Both the position numbers and the translations under genes were made by a program. From positions 1,785 to 65,784 of the forward strand of contig JAICLJ010000004.1 of NCBI GenBank assembly GCA_025927575.1: a stretch of DNA of 64,000 nt, in the 5' to 3' direction. Positions 28,748 to 39,051 of this stretch are shown one piece after another (position 1 is the stretch's first letter; each line of letters opens with the position of its first letter). This DNA is from Bryobacteraceae bacterium. GTDB taxonomy: Bacteria > Acidobacteriota > Terriglobia > Bryobacterales > Bryobacteraceae. The notes beneath the pieces are model-generated. The model searched no databases. It was not told the DNA's origin and was given only the letters and a program-made list of their open reading frames with translations.

Positions 28748-29631
28748 TCGAAGCCGTGATGCTCTGGAACGAGCCGAACAATCTTTCGCATTGGGATTTC
28801 GAGATCGACAAGGAGTGGACTCTGTTTGCGGAAATGGTGCGCAAAGCGGCAGTCGCTGTCGCCTCAGAAAACCCAAAACTCACCAGGGTTCTCGGTGGAA
28901 TCTCGCCTATCGATCCAATGTTCATTGAGCGAATGCTGAGGCTTCGGGTTATCGAGGAGGTGGACGCCGTCGCTGTCCACGGATTCCCGCTCGATTGGAA
29001 CCACTGGAGCATTCACGATTGGCCGGAGAAGTTAGCGGAAATTCGCGCCGTTACTGAAAAACCAGTTTGGGTGTCGGAAGTAGGCGTCTCGTCGTTCGGC
29101 GCCGAGGAGGTCCAGGAATTCGGCCTCAGGAGGACAGCGGATCTTTTGATGCCGCTTACCGGTCACATTCACTGGTACAGTCTTCTTGATTTACCGAAGG
29201 AATGGCCGGCGACGACCCGGCACCGCGAAGCAGAGGGATCGTCTTACTACCGGCACTTCTACATGGGTTTGGTTCGGCAAGATGCTGTGCCGAAAAAGGC
29301 ATTTCATGCTTTTCGCGGATTCACTCCAGCCGTCGGAATTTGCCAATGGTTTCATTTCGAAGATCCGCGTTTGGATGAGGCTGTGCGCCTGATGCGAGAT
29401 CTTGGTGTACGCAGACTTCGAACCGGACTTAGTTGGGCCGACAGCGAACGTCCAAATGCGCAGCGATGGTTCGACCATCAAATGCGAACGCTCGAACCAT
29501 TTGAAGTCACGCTGACCTTTTGCTTTACTCCGGAACACAAAGGGGTGCGGCCTCATCACACCAGTCCGCCCCAAGTTCCAGCGGAATTTGCGGATTTCTG
29601 TGCGCGAATGACCCGCCGGTACGCCAGTTAG
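28744..29631 (+). CDS. Clan GH-A glycoside hydrolase (beta-xylosidase-like), apparently circularly permuted
   Basis: Begins at the WNEPN acid/base motif; nucleophile in VWVSEVG; C-terminal third carries LGVRRLRTGLSW, normally an N-terminal strand. Confidence 0.75.
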   Translation: MIEAVMLWNEPNNLSHWDFEIDKEWTLFAEMVRKAAVAVASENPKLTRVLGGISPIDPMFIERMLRLRVIEEVDAVAVHGFPLDWNHWSIHDWPEKLAEIRAVTEKPVWVSEVGVSSFGAEEVQEFGLRRTADLLMPLTGHIHWYSLLDLPKEWPATTRHREAEGSSYYRHFYMGLVRQDAVPKKAFHAFRGFTPAVGICQWFHFEDPRLDEAVRLMRDLGVRRLRTGLSWADSERPNAQRWFDHQMRTLEPFEVTLTFCFTPEHKGVRPHHTSPPQVPAEFADFCARMTRRYAS

Positions 29632-29981
29632 GTAAGCCTTACGACTGCGGCGGATTTGTTCGGCGAGCCTTTGCTTTTCGAGATTTGCACATAGCGGGCT
29701 GGAGATCTTCTTATGGGCAGATCTTCTTTACTCGGCGTAAGACGGGTCGGCAAACTGCGTATCGAACAACCCGCCAAATGTGACCGTAGCTTTACGAGGT
29801 TTGTACCTTGGCGTGTAACGAGGCACAACGACCAAGGTCTAACTGTCGTGAATTCAATCACATCAGAGTACGCACGAGAAAAAGTATCGGTTAAAGCGCG
29901 CGCGAGGCTAAACGGTCAATTATCGCTCAAAACAGTTGACTTAGTCAGAAAGCCTTAAATGTTTTGTGAAAAGAGAAATGC

Positions 29982-31094
29982 ATGAGCCAAACAGTGCTTA
30001 TTACCGGCGGTGCCGGCTTTATCGGTTCCCACCTAGCCAACGAGCTGCTTGCGCACGGGTATCATGTTCGCGTGTTGGATGTGCTGGCGCCACAGGTCCA
30101 CGGAGCGGACCGCAAGCGGCCAGGATACCTGCACGAAGACGTCGAATTGATTCGCGGAGACATCCGCGACGCCAGCGTACTTGACCGTGCCTTGAACGGT
30201 GTTTCAGCCGTCTATCACTTCGTGGCCCTCGTCGGCGTGGGGCAAAGCATGTATCAGATTGAGCAGTACACAAGTGTCAACAATCTTGGTACGGCTATGC
30301 TGCTCGAACGGGTTGCCAAAAAGCGAGTGAAGAAGCTAATTGTCGCTTCAAGTATGATCATCTACGGTGAGGGGCTTTATGAATTCCCGGGCGGAGAGGT
30401 GTGCGCGACGGCGGGCCGCACCGTTGAGCAATTGAAGTGTCGAGATTGGGAAATGAAGGCTTCCGACGGACAGATGCTGCGGCCTCTGCCGACGCCTGAA
30501 TGGAAAATGCCTGCTCTTGCGTCGATTTATGCGCTCTGTAAGTTCGACCAGGAGCAGATGTGCTTAATAACCGGGCGAGCATACGGTGTTCCCACGGTTG
30601 CGTTGAGATTCTTCAACGTCTATGGTCCAAATCAGGCGCTCTCGAATCCTTATACGGGGGTATTAGCGATCTTTGCGTCGCGCCTGTTGAATAACGAGCG
30701 GCCGATGATTTTCGAAGATGGCCTGCAACTCCGGGATTTTGTAAGTGTATACGACGTGGCACGAGCTTGCCGGCTGGCTTTGGAATCGGATGCGGCGGAC
30801 GTCGCGATCAATATCGGCAGCGGTGAAGCCATCACTATTCGGCAGACGGCTGAACGTCTTGCAGCTGTTCTCGAAAAGGATATCGAACCGGAAATCACAG
30901 GCAACTACCGCGTGGGAGACATACGCCACTGCTACCCGGATATTTCGTTTGCGAAGAGAGTGCTTGGATATTCGCCGGCAGTTACCCTGGAGTTAGGTCT
31001 CGAAGATTTGGCGGCTTGGCTCTCGGAACAGACGGCCCACGATAACTTCCAGGAAATGCAAGCTGAACTGTCGGGAAGGGGGCTGATGGTTTGA
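29982..31094 (+). CDS. NAD-dependent nucleotide-sugar epimerase/dehydratase
   Basis: ITGGAGFIGSH, YALCK, LRFFNVYGP, RDFV. Confidence 0.93.
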   Translation: MSQTVLITGGAGFIGSHLANELLAHGYHVRVLDVLAPQVHGADRKRPGYLHEDVELIRGDIRDASVLDRALNGVSAVYHFVALVGVGQSMYQIEQYTSVNNLGTAMLLERVAKKRVKKLIVASSMIIYGEGLYEFPGGEVCATAGRTVEQLKCRDWEMKASDGQMLRPLPTPEWKMPALASIYALCKFDQEQMCLITGRAYGVPTVALRFFNVYGPNQALSNPYTGVLAIFASRLLNNERPMIFEDGLQLRDFVSVYDVARACRLALESDAADVAINIGSGEAITIRQTAERLAAVLEKDIEPEITGNYRVGDIRHCYPDISFAKRVLGYSPAVTLELGLEDLAAWLSEQTAHDNFQEMQAELSGRGLMV

Positions 31095-32173
31095 GCATGT
31101 CGCACCAATCACGTATTCTCATCACCGGTGGCGCGGGCTTCATTGGAACGAACTTGGCAGCCAGCTACTTGCGCGACGGTTATCGCGTCACCCTTCTCGA
31201 CAATCTGAGCCGGCCAGGCGCTATCCGCAATTTGGAATGGCTACAGGGGCAGTTCCATGGCTCCGCCCGATTCATACAGGCAGATGTTACGGACGGCCGC
31301 GCAGTCCGGGACGCTGTGATGGACGCCGATAGCATTTATCACTTTGCTGCACAAGTGGCAGTTACGACCAGCCTGGTCGACCCACTCGGCGACCACCGAG
31401 TGAATGCTGAGGGCACGCTCAACGTGCTAGAGGCAATTCGAAGTTCGCCTCACAAACCGGCTCTTGTCTACACATCCACGAACAAAGTGTACGGATCGCT
31501 TAACGAGATCCGGTTGTCGAAGCGATCATCGCGGTACGAGCCCGACGATCAGGAACTGGCGGCGAGCGGCATCAGCGAACAGCAGCGCCTCGACTTCCAT
31601 TCTCCCTACGGCTGTTCCAAAGGAAGCGCCGACCAGTACGTGATCGACTATGGCCGGTGTTTTAACCTGTCCACAGTCGTCTTCCGAATGAGTTGCATCT
31701 GTGGCCCGCACCAACAAGGGACGGAGGACCAGGGTTGGGTGGCGCATTTCATCAGGCGCATACTTGCCAGTGAGCCGATCACCATCTATGGCGACGGCCG
31801 CCAGGTTCGTGACGTCTTGTACGTCGGCGATCTCGTGAGGGCATTTAGGCTGCTCGAGCGGCCTAGCGCGGCCGTGCAGCACTGCGCATTCAACATTGGC
31901 GGCGGCCCGCAGCAGACCATAAGCGTTTTGGAACTGCTGGATGTGGTGTGCAGTTTAGCGCAACACCAGCCTGTCATTTCGTTTGCTTCAGCGCGTGTGG
32001 GCGATCAGCTTTGGTACGTTTCAGATCACTCCCGCTATACGAAACTCACAGGGTGGCAGCCAGCCATAACGATTACCGAAAGCGTACGACACATGATTTC
32101 ATGGCTGACCTCTGAGGCGGCCCAGGATGTTCATGAAACTGCGGAGAGAGAGCCGGAATGCGCTTTGCTTTAA
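31091..32173 (+). CDS. NAD-dependent epimerase, CDP-paratose 2-epimerase (RfbE)-like
   Basis: ITGGAGFIG, AAQVAVTTS, STNKVYG, SPYGCSKG, FRMSCI, EDQGWVAHF. Confidence 0.88.
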   Translation: MSMSHQSRILITGGAGFIGTNLAASYLRDGYRVTLLDNLSRPGAIRNLEWLQGQFHGSARFIQADVTDGRAVRDAVMDADSIYHFAAQVAVTTSLVDPLGDHRVNAEGTLNVLEAIRSSPHKPALVYTSTNKVYGSLNEIRLSKRSSRYEPDDQELAASGISEQQRLDFHSPYGCSKGSADQYVIDYGRCFNLSTVVFRMSCICGPHQQGTEDQGWVAHFIRRILASEPITIYGDGRQVRDVLYVGDLVRAFRLLERPSAAVQHCAFNIGGGPQQTISVLELLDVVCSLAQHQPVISFASARVGDQLWYVSDHSRYTKLTGWQPAITITESVRHMISWLTSEAAQDVHETAEREPECALL

Positions 32174-33444
32174 TCAACCCTCCTTGGGATTTCGAAAACA
32201 GCATCTATTTTGGATGCCAGGAACCGCATCTGCCCCTGGAGTTTGGCTATGCAAAAGCGGCTCTGGAAGCGGAGGGGCATGAAACTCTGATTATCGATGG
32301 GCAGTTAGGCGGAAATACGCTCGAAGATATCCGGCGCGCCGTCGGCGACGTCAAACCGGATTTCACGGTGGTAACGACAGCTCCGTCGTATCTTTTCTGG
32401 CGATGCGCTCCTCCAGAGCTGCGTATTCCGCAAATAACAATCGGATCGCTGGGCCGCGACGCAGGGACCGTTGTAGTTATCGGGCCGCACGGGTCAACAA
32501 CTCCCGCGACAGCACTGAACAAATTGGCCGCGGACGTCGTGGTTTTGGGCGAGCCGGAAGAAATACTTCCGCGACTAACGTCGAGTTGGAGTGAGCTTCC
32601 CTCCATCTGCTATCGAAACGGTGATGAGGTTGTCGTGCGAGGGGGTCCCCATTACTCCGACATGCAGAAACTGCCGGGCCTGCGCTGGCCGAGTGAATAT
32701 GTGATGCGCCATTCACATCATCATCATCGGTTTGACGCGACTCCGAAGCGTCCAGGCGCGGAGGTGGAAGCTTCGCGCGGCTGTCCCTACAGTTGCACAT
32801 TCTGCGCAAAAGAGAATTTTCGGAATAAATACAGGAGGCGGCCGGTCGGGGTTGTGATCGATGAAATAAGCGCCCTGATTGAGCAGGGTGTGGAGTATGT
32901 CTACTTTATCGATGAAATCTTTTTACCGCAAAAGGACTTACTGAGCGCACTCGGGAACTTGGATGTAAAAATCGGCATTCAAACTCGTATCGACCTGTGG
33001 AACGAGGAGACACTCGATTTACTGGCGGCAGCGCACTGCGTTTCAGTAGAAGCCGGTGTCGAGAGCATCACCGAATCCGGTCGCGAGTATCTCGACAAAA
33101 AGTGCCGCATTGATACCGCGGAACTAGCTAACCGCCTGATGTATGCAAAGCGAAAAATTCCGTTTGTCCAGGCGAATCTCATCCTTGTGGATGAGGATGA
33201 CGAGCAGGAAGTGGAAAGGTGGCGCGAGCAACTGATTGCCAATGGAGTCTGGGCTAACAAGCCGGTGCCTCTGTTTCCCTATCCGGGATCTCCAGAGTAT
33301 ACGCGGCGGTGGGGGCAACCGGACAACATGGCTTGGGAACGAGCACACGCCCACTACCTGGGAGACTTCGCGACTTTCAGCGATATCCAATCCGCACAAC
33401 CCTCCTCGCTTACGCAACTGGAGCTGCCGCGGAATGCCCAATAG
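32158..33444 (+). CDS. B12-binding-domain radical SAM protein (TIGR04295-like, rhizo-twelve system)
   Basis: N-terminal ALINP..GPHG B12-type domain, SRGCPYSCTFC (CxxxCxxC), FIDEIF, GVES, FPYPGS. Confidence 0.88.
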   Translation: MRFALINPPWDFENSIYFGCQEPHLPLEFGYAKAALEAEGHETLIIDGQLGGNTLEDIRRAVGDVKPDFTVVTTAPSYLFWRCAPPELRIPQITIGSLGRDAGTVVVIGPHGSTTPATALNKLAADVVVLGEPEEILPRLTSSWSELPSICYRNGDEVVVRGGPHYSDMQKLPGLRWPSEYVMRHSHHHHRFDATPKRPGAEVEASRGCPYSCTFCAKENFRNKYRRRPVGVVIDEISALIEQGVEYVYFIDEIFLPQKDLLSALGNLDVKIGIQTRIDLWNEETLDLLAAAHCVSVEAGVESITESGREYLDKKCRIDTAELANRLMYAKRKIPFVQANLILVDEDDEQEVERWREQLIANGVWANKPVPLFPYPGSPEYTRRWGQPDNMAWERAHAHYLGDFATFSDIQSAQPSSLTQLELPRNAQ

Positions 33445-34582
33445 CCAGATACACCAAGGAGTGCTGCCGCAGCGCATTCTAATGACCGCCGATGCAGTAG
33501 GCGGCATCTGGACATACGCGCTTGATCTTGCGGAGCAGTTCTCCCTGGGCGGCAGCGCAACGCTGGTCGCAACCATGGGGCCGGCGCCGACACAGGCTCA
33601 ACGATCACAAGCTGCGGCCGTTCGGAACCTGGAACTGGCGGAGGGATCGTTCCCGCTCGAGTGGATGCCCAATGTATCGGAAGCAGCTCTTGCGGAGGCC
33701 GGCGCTTGGCTGAAGAGGTTGGAATCGCACTTTCGACCTGAAGTCATTCACCTGAATGGATATACTCACGCCACTTCACGATGGAACGCTCCGGTTGTTG
33801 TAGTCGCACATTCCTGTGTGTCTTCCTGGTGGCTTGGCGTGCACGGTGAACTGCCGCCGGCTGGGTGGAAGGGCTATCGAGATCGTGTAATGGCGGGATT
33901 GGAAGCCGCCGATGCCGTCGTCGCGCCTTCTGCTTCCATACTCAAAACGATGCGGGCGATTTACTCGCCGCGCCTGAAGCGCTCGGCGGTGATCCACAAC
34001 TTCACTAACTTGGAAATTCCGTTCGCTGAAAAGCAGCCGGTGGTCCTCGCGGCGGGCCGCCTATGGGATCGCGCAAAGAACCTCGCTGTGCTGGACCGGA
34101 TCTCGCCCATTGCCGGATGGCAGATTCAAGTCGCAGGTGATGCAGATGGGCCTGACGGGAGTGTCTATCGTTCGGAACACATTCAGGTGCTTGGCAGATT
34201 ATCCCGCGAACAGCTGGCACAGCGGCTGGCTGCGGCTGCGATTTTCGTTCATCCTGCTAAATATGAGCCGTTCGGATTGAGTATTTTGGAAGCGGCCCGG
34301 GCCGGGTGTGTGCTGGTGCTGGCGGATATTCCGAGCCTCCGCGAACTGTGGGATGGCTGCGCTCTGTTTGCTCCGCCCGACGATGTCGCATGCTTAGCGA
34401 ACTGTATTGATCTGGTCGCTCGCAGCCCTCGGCTGCGCTCGGAATATTCGATCAAAGCACTGCGGCGCTCGCACGAGTTCGATGCCAATGCCAGCACCCA
34501 AAGCTATCTTGAACTTTATGCGTCGCTGGCGGAAGCGCACCAAGCATACAGGGGTGAACGGTGCTTCTCTGTTCAACAATGA
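33434..34582 (+). CDS. GT4-family glycosyltransferase
   Basis: ILMTADAVGGIWTY, AGRLWDRAKN, YEPFGLSILEAA; ATG 33434. Confidence 0.9.
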   Translation: MPNSQIHQGVLPQRILMTADAVGGIWTYALDLAEQFSLGGSATLVATMGPAPTQAQRSQAAAVRNLELAEGSFPLEWMPNVSEAALAEAGAWLKRLESHFRPEVIHLNGYTHATSRWNAPVVVVAHSCVSSWWLGVHGELPPAGWKGYRDRVMAGLEAADAVVAPSASILKTMRAIYSPRLKRSAVIHNFTNLEIPFAEKQPVVLAAGRLWDRAKNLAVLDRISPIAGWQIQVAGDADGPDGSVYRSEHIQVLGRLSREQLAQRLAAAAIFVHPAKYEPFGLSILEAARAGCVLVLADIPSLRELWDGCALFAPPDDVACLANCIDLVARSPRLRSEYSIKALRRSHEFDANASTQSYLELYASLAEAHQAYRGERCFSVQQ

Positions 34583-35706
34583 GACTTCGAATTCGATTCT
34601 TCTGCCACTCACTGGTTTCCGATTGGAACCATGGCAATGCTCATTTTCTTCGCGGTGTCATGTCCGAGTTATTAGCTCGCGGCCACGACGTGCAGGCGTT
34701 TGAGCCGGAGAATGGATGGAGTCTGACGAACCTGCTTCGAGAAACAGGCGATAAGGCCGTACAGCAGTTTGAATCACGCTTCCCACAGCTGAAGACTTCG
34801 TTCTATTCAGAGCAGGGGTTTCAACCGGAAGAGTTTCTTGATGGAGTGGATCTTGTTCTTGTGCATGAGTGGACCGCGCCGGCCGTGGTTAGCAAGATCG
34901 GTCAGTACTGCCGCTGCAGTTCGTCGACGCGCGCGTTCTTCCACGATACGCATCACCGAGCGGTTACAGCGCCACACGAACTCAGTCGCAACGACTTATC
35001 GGGTTATGATGGCCTGCTGGTTTACGGAAACGCGCTCCGCGAAATTTACTTGCGGCGCGGTTGGGGGAACCGGGTCCATGTGTGGCATGAGGCCGCGGAT
35101 ATTCGCGTGTTCCATCCTCTCGACGGCGTGAAACGCGACCGTGACCTGGTGTGGATTGGAAACTGGGGCGACGAGGAACGCACGCAGGAACTTGACGAGT
35201 ATCTGATTGAGCCGGCCACGAAACTTGGCCTCAATGGCACGGCTCATGGGGTGCGTTATCCCCCTGAGGCTATCGGACGACTAAAACGGGGGGGATTGCG
35301 ATATGACGGATGGATCCCTAATTACCAGGTTCCCGAAACATTCGCGCATAGCCGGCTTACGGTGCACATCCCACGGCGACCCTACGTCACTGCGCTACCC
35401 GGTATTCCGACAATTCGACCGTTCGAGGCGCTAGCTTGCGGCCTGCCACTGATTTCGGCGCACTGGAGGGATGTAGAAGGTCTTTTCGATGTGGGACGTG
35501 ATTTCCTGATGGCGCGCAACGGAGAACACATGCAGTCGCTGATGCGGCAGGTTCTCAACGATGCGGACCTCGCGCGCGAGCTGTCGTCACACGGCAGGGA
35601 GACCATTTTGAATCGCCATACCTGCGGTCACCGGGTGGAGCAATTATTGTCAATCTATGAGGCGGTTCGGCCTGTAAGCGTTGGGGTAGCCGTGGGAACC
35701 AATTAA
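34579..35706 (+). CDS. CgeB-family glycosyltransferase
   Basis: HSLVSDWNHGNAHFLRG, HDTHHR, PTIRPFEALACG, HTCGHR. Confidence 0.88.
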   Translation: MRLRIRFFCHSLVSDWNHGNAHFLRGVMSELLARGHDVQAFEPENGWSLTNLLRETGDKAVQQFESRFPQLKTSFYSEQGFQPEEFLDGVDLVLVHEWTAPAVVSKIGQYCRCSSSTRAFFHDTHHRAVTAPHELSRNDLSGYDGLLVYGNALREIYLRRGWGNRVHVWHEAADIRVFHPLDGVKRDRDLVWIGNWGDEERTQELDEYLIEPATKLGLNGTAHGVRYPPEAIGRLKRGGLRYDGWIPNYQVPETFAHSRLTVHIPRRPYVTALPGIPTIRPFEALACGLPLISAHWRDVEGLFDVGRDFLMARNGEHMQSLMRQVLNDADLARELSSHGRETILNRHTCGHRVEQLLSIYEAVRPVSVGVAVGTN

Positions 35707-35708
35707 CT

Positions 35709-36809
35709 ATGCGAATTGCTTTTTTTGGATCGAGTCTTGTCTCGTGTTACTGGAACGGGGCGGCGACTTACTATCGTGGCCTAATCCGGGCGCTCGCCGC
35801 GTTAGGGCACAAAGTTACATTCTATGAGCCAAATGCTTTCGACCGGCAAAACCACAGGGATATGGACGACCCTGAATGGGCCCGCATCGTTGTGTACTCG
35901 GGTGAGACTCATTCGGAAGTGGATTCATGCCTGGACGAAGCAAGCGGTTGCGACGTCATTGTCAAGGCAAGCGGCGTCGGCGTATTCGACGAGTATTTGG
36001 AAGCACGCGTGCCGCTGTTGGGCAGGCACAAGACGACAATTTTCTGGGATGTCGATGCTCCCGCGACTTTGGACCGCGTACTCGAAGATGCGGGCGATCC
36101 ATTTCGCGCAGCGATTCCGCATTACAGTGCCATCCTGACATATGGAGGCGGGCAGCGCGTCATCGACACGTACCTCGGACTTGGCGCAAAGATGTGCGTG
36201 CCGATATATAACGCCGTCGATCCTGCTACTCATTTTCCGGTTGATCCCGATCCGACGTACTCCGCCGATCTCGCCTTTCTTGGGAATCGCCTGCCCGATC
36301 GCGAGGCTCGCGTAGACGAGTTTTTTGTCCGAGCCGCTTCGCTCTGCCAGGCGAAAGCGTTTCTGTTGGGGGGAAGCGGTTGGTCAGGCAAAGCCCTCCC
36401 GAAAAATGTCCGTTATATCGGGCATGTTTCGACAACGACGCATAATACGTTTAACTGCAGTTCGCTCGCGGTCTTAAATATCAATCGCATCAGCATGGCA
36501 GCGTACGGCTTCTCTCCGCCGACGCGGGTGTTTGAAGCGGCGGCGGCAGGGGCCTGCCTGATTACGGATGGTTGGGAGGGTATCGACTCGTTTCTGGAAC
36601 CCGGAAAGGAAGTTTTGGTCGTAAATGATGGTTCCGAGGTCGCGTCGCTCGTTCGTGACCTCGATCCTGATAAAGCGCGGAAGATAGGCGCCGCCGCCCG
36701 CAAGCACATCCTAAATGAACACACGTACGCTCATCGTGCGAAACAGGTGAATGCTGTACTCAAACACGTCGCCTCTCTAGAGGCGGCGGTCGTAGGAGTA
36801 ACCGCATGA
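35709..36809 (+). CDS. CgeB-family glycosyltransferase
   Basis: GSSLVSCYWNGAATYYRG, FWDVDAP, SPPTRVFEAAAAG, HTYAHR. Confidence 0.88.
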   Translation: MRIAFFGSSLVSCYWNGAATYYRGLIRALAALGHKVTFYEPNAFDRQNHRDMDDPEWARIVVYSGETHSEVDSCLDEASGCDVIVKASGVGVFDEYLEARVPLLGRHKTTIFWDVDAPATLDRVLEDAGDPFRAAIPHYSAILTYGGGQRVIDTYLGLGAKMCVPIYNAVDPATHFPVDPDPTYSADLAFLGNRLPDREARVDEFFVRAASLCQAKAFLLGGSGWSGKALPKNVRYIGHVSTTTHNTFNCSSLAVLNINRISMAAYGFSPPTRVFEAAAAGACLITDGWEGIDSFLEPGKEVLVVNDGSEVASLVRDLDPDKARKIGAAARKHILNEHTYAHRAKQVNAVLKHVASLEAAVVGVTA

Positions 36810-37942
36810 AGAGAGACAAACTGAACATCGTCGTTCTCGGCCTTTCTCTCAGCTCTTCCTGGGGCAACGGTCACGCCACCACTTATCGAGCACTGCTGCG
36901 CGAAATGGCAGCGCTTGGCCACAAAGTTACATTTCTCGAGCGCGATGCGCCCTGGTACCGAAAAAATCGCGATCTCACAAGCGCTCACTATTGCGACCTG
37001 ACCTTTTACACGAGTGTCGAAGAACTCCGGGAACGTTATGGCGAGAATGTACGCCGCGCCGATGTCGTCATCGTCGGCTCGTATGTTCCAGCGGGTACGG
37101 AAGTGGGGCAGTGGGTTACCAGAGTAGCTCATGGAATCACCGCATTCTATGACATAGATACTCCAGTGACGCTCGCGAAACTGCGGAATCGTGATTGCGA
37201 ATATATCTCCAACGCGCTGGCTCGGCGCTATGACTTGTATCTCTCTTTTACGGGCGGCTCAGCATTGAAGCATATCGAGACAGTGCTCGGGTCGCGATGC
37301 GCGCGGGCACTCTATTGTTCCGTGGATCCCGAACTTCACTATAAAGAGGCTGCGGTTACCGAGCAGTGGCACCTGGGATATCTCGGCACCTACAGCGAGG
37401 ACCGCCAGCCAGCCCTCCAGTCGCTTTTGATAAGGGCCGCCCAAGAGTGGCCGGACGGGCGCTTCGCTGTTGCTGGTCCGCTCTATCCGCCGAAAATCTC
37501 TTGGCCCGAAAACGTAATGAGGGTTGATCACCTGCCGCCATCGCGGCATCGCGGGTTCTATAACGCTCAACGATTCACGTTGAACATCACCAGAAGAGAG
37601 ATGATTGGGGCAGGGTATTCGCCGAGCGTTCGCTTGTTCGAGGCCGCGGCTTGCGGGACTCCAATCATCACGGACCCGTGGGACGGCCTCGGCCGTTTTT
37701 TCGAGATCGGAAGTGAGATTTTGATCGCCCGGTCGACAGAAGAGTGTCTAAATCTTCTTCGAGAATTGCCGGCGGATGAACGCCTTGCACTCGCGGAGCG
37801 CGCGCATCGCCGGGTTCTGGCTGAACATACAGCGAGCCAACGCGCGCAGCAGCTTCAACAGTATCTGTTTTCCGCCATCGAGGACAAGGCGGCAGCGCGA
37901 AGGCGAGTTCTGGAACCATGCGCCACGGTAGCCGTGTCCTAG
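36806..37942 (+). CDS. CgeB-family glycosyltransferase
   Basis: SSSWGNGHATTYRAL, YDIDTP, SPSVRLFEAAACG. Confidence 0.88.
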   Translation: MKRDKLNIVVLGLSLSSSWGNGHATTYRALLREMAALGHKVTFLERDAPWYRKNRDLTSAHYCDLTFYTSVEELRERYGENVRRADVVIVGSYVPAGTEVGQWVTRVAHGITAFYDIDTPVTLAKLRNRDCEYISNALARRYDLYLSFTGGSALKHIETVLGSRCARALYCSVDPELHYKEAAVTEQWHLGYLGTYSEDRQPALQSLLIRAAQEWPDGRFAVAGPLYPPKISWPENVMRVDHLPPSRHRGFYNAQRFTLNITRREMIGAGYSPSVRLFEAAACGTPIITDPWDGLGRFFEIGSEILIARSTEECLNLLRELPADERLALAERAHRRVLAEHTASQRAQQLQQYLFSAIEDKAAARRRVLEPCATVAVS

Positions 37943-39009
37943 CACTCGCAGCCGCAATGCAGGGTGCTCAGGCTGCGGATCGGGCACAGGCAATGTATGT
38001 TTCTGGCTGCACCGCGATGAAGGAGCGCGATCTGCCAGCCGCTCTGGACTTCTTGAATGATGCGGAAAGGCTCGGATTCGATCCGGATTCGTGCGCCGCG
38101 GGTCGCTGGCAGGGTTACATGCTGCTTGGGCGATTCAAAGAAGCGTGGCAGGAGAGTGCCGCCATCGAAAAGCGCGGTGCCGTCGACCCACATCGACTCT
38201 GGGACGGCCGTCCGTTTTCGAACCGCCGGCTGATTGTTCGCTGCCTTCACGGCCAGGGCGACGCGATTCATTTTATTCGATATGCGTCGCTCCTTAAACA
38301 GCAGGCGTCGAAGGTTATCGTCGAATGTCCCCGCCGCTTAATGCCGTTGCTCAGCCGCGTTTCTGGAGTGGACGAGGTATGTACTTGGGAGGCGCCGCCT
38401 TTCGCTCCGTCAGATTGGGAGCAGCAAATCGAAGTCGTGGAACTGCCGAGGGCTTTTCGGACCACACTCGATAGCATTCCTGCCTTGGTGCCTTATATTC
38501 ATCTGGATCGATCGATGCAACGATCCGGCATCTTGGAAGAACGTCGGAGGGTGGGCGTTGTCTGGGCCTCCGGCGCCTGGAATCGTTCCAGATCCATCCC
38601 GATCTCCGCCTTGGTTCCGATGTTTCAATTGCCTGGCTTTAGATTTTACGCGTTGCAGGGCGGGGCAGAAGCGTTGGACCTGAACTCGCTTCCCGCCGAT
38701 TGCGTCGTTCACGATGTGACCGGCGAATCGGAGGATCTGCTTCAGGCGGCCGAACTGATTACCCAGTTCGATCTCATCCTCACAGTGGATACCATGACGG
38801 CGCATCTGGCTGGCGCGCTGGGGAAGCCTGTATGGCTGATGCTCAACTTCGCCGCCGACTGGCGTTGGATGATCGGGAGATCCGATTCACCGTGGTATCC
38901 GAGCATGCGAATTTTCAGGCAACCGCAAGCCGGGCGGTGGGATTGCGTCGTCGATCAGGTTTGCCAGGCCCTGCGGAAGTGGGATCAAACGTCACGCAAT
39001 CCAGCGTAA
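37918..39009 (+). CDS. TPR-like + GT9 (heptosyltransferase-like) protein
   Basis: LWDG..HGQGDAIHFIRY, VDTMTAHLAGALGKP, DWRW..SPWYPSMRIFRQ. Confidence 0.82.
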   Translation: MRHGSRVLALAAAMQGAQAADRAQAMYVSGCTAMKERDLPAALDFLNDAERLGFDPDSCAAGRWQGYMLLGRFKEAWQESAAIEKRGAVDPHRLWDGRPFSNRRLIVRCLHGQGDAIHFIRYASLLKQQASKVIVECPRRLMPLLSRVSGVDEVCTWEAPPFAPSDWEQQIEVVELPRAFRTTLDSIPALVPYIHLDRSMQRSGILEERRRVGVVWASGAWNRSRSIPISALVPMFQLPGFRFYALQGGAEALDLNSLPADCVVHDVTGESEDLLQAAELITQFDLILTVDTMTAHLAGALGKPVWLMLNFAADWRWMIGRSDSPWYPSMRIFRQPQAGRWDCVVDQVCQALRKWDQTSRNPA

Positions 39010-39051
39010 ATTCCGGAGCGGTACTCGCCATGTAACCGCTATCATGTCCAG

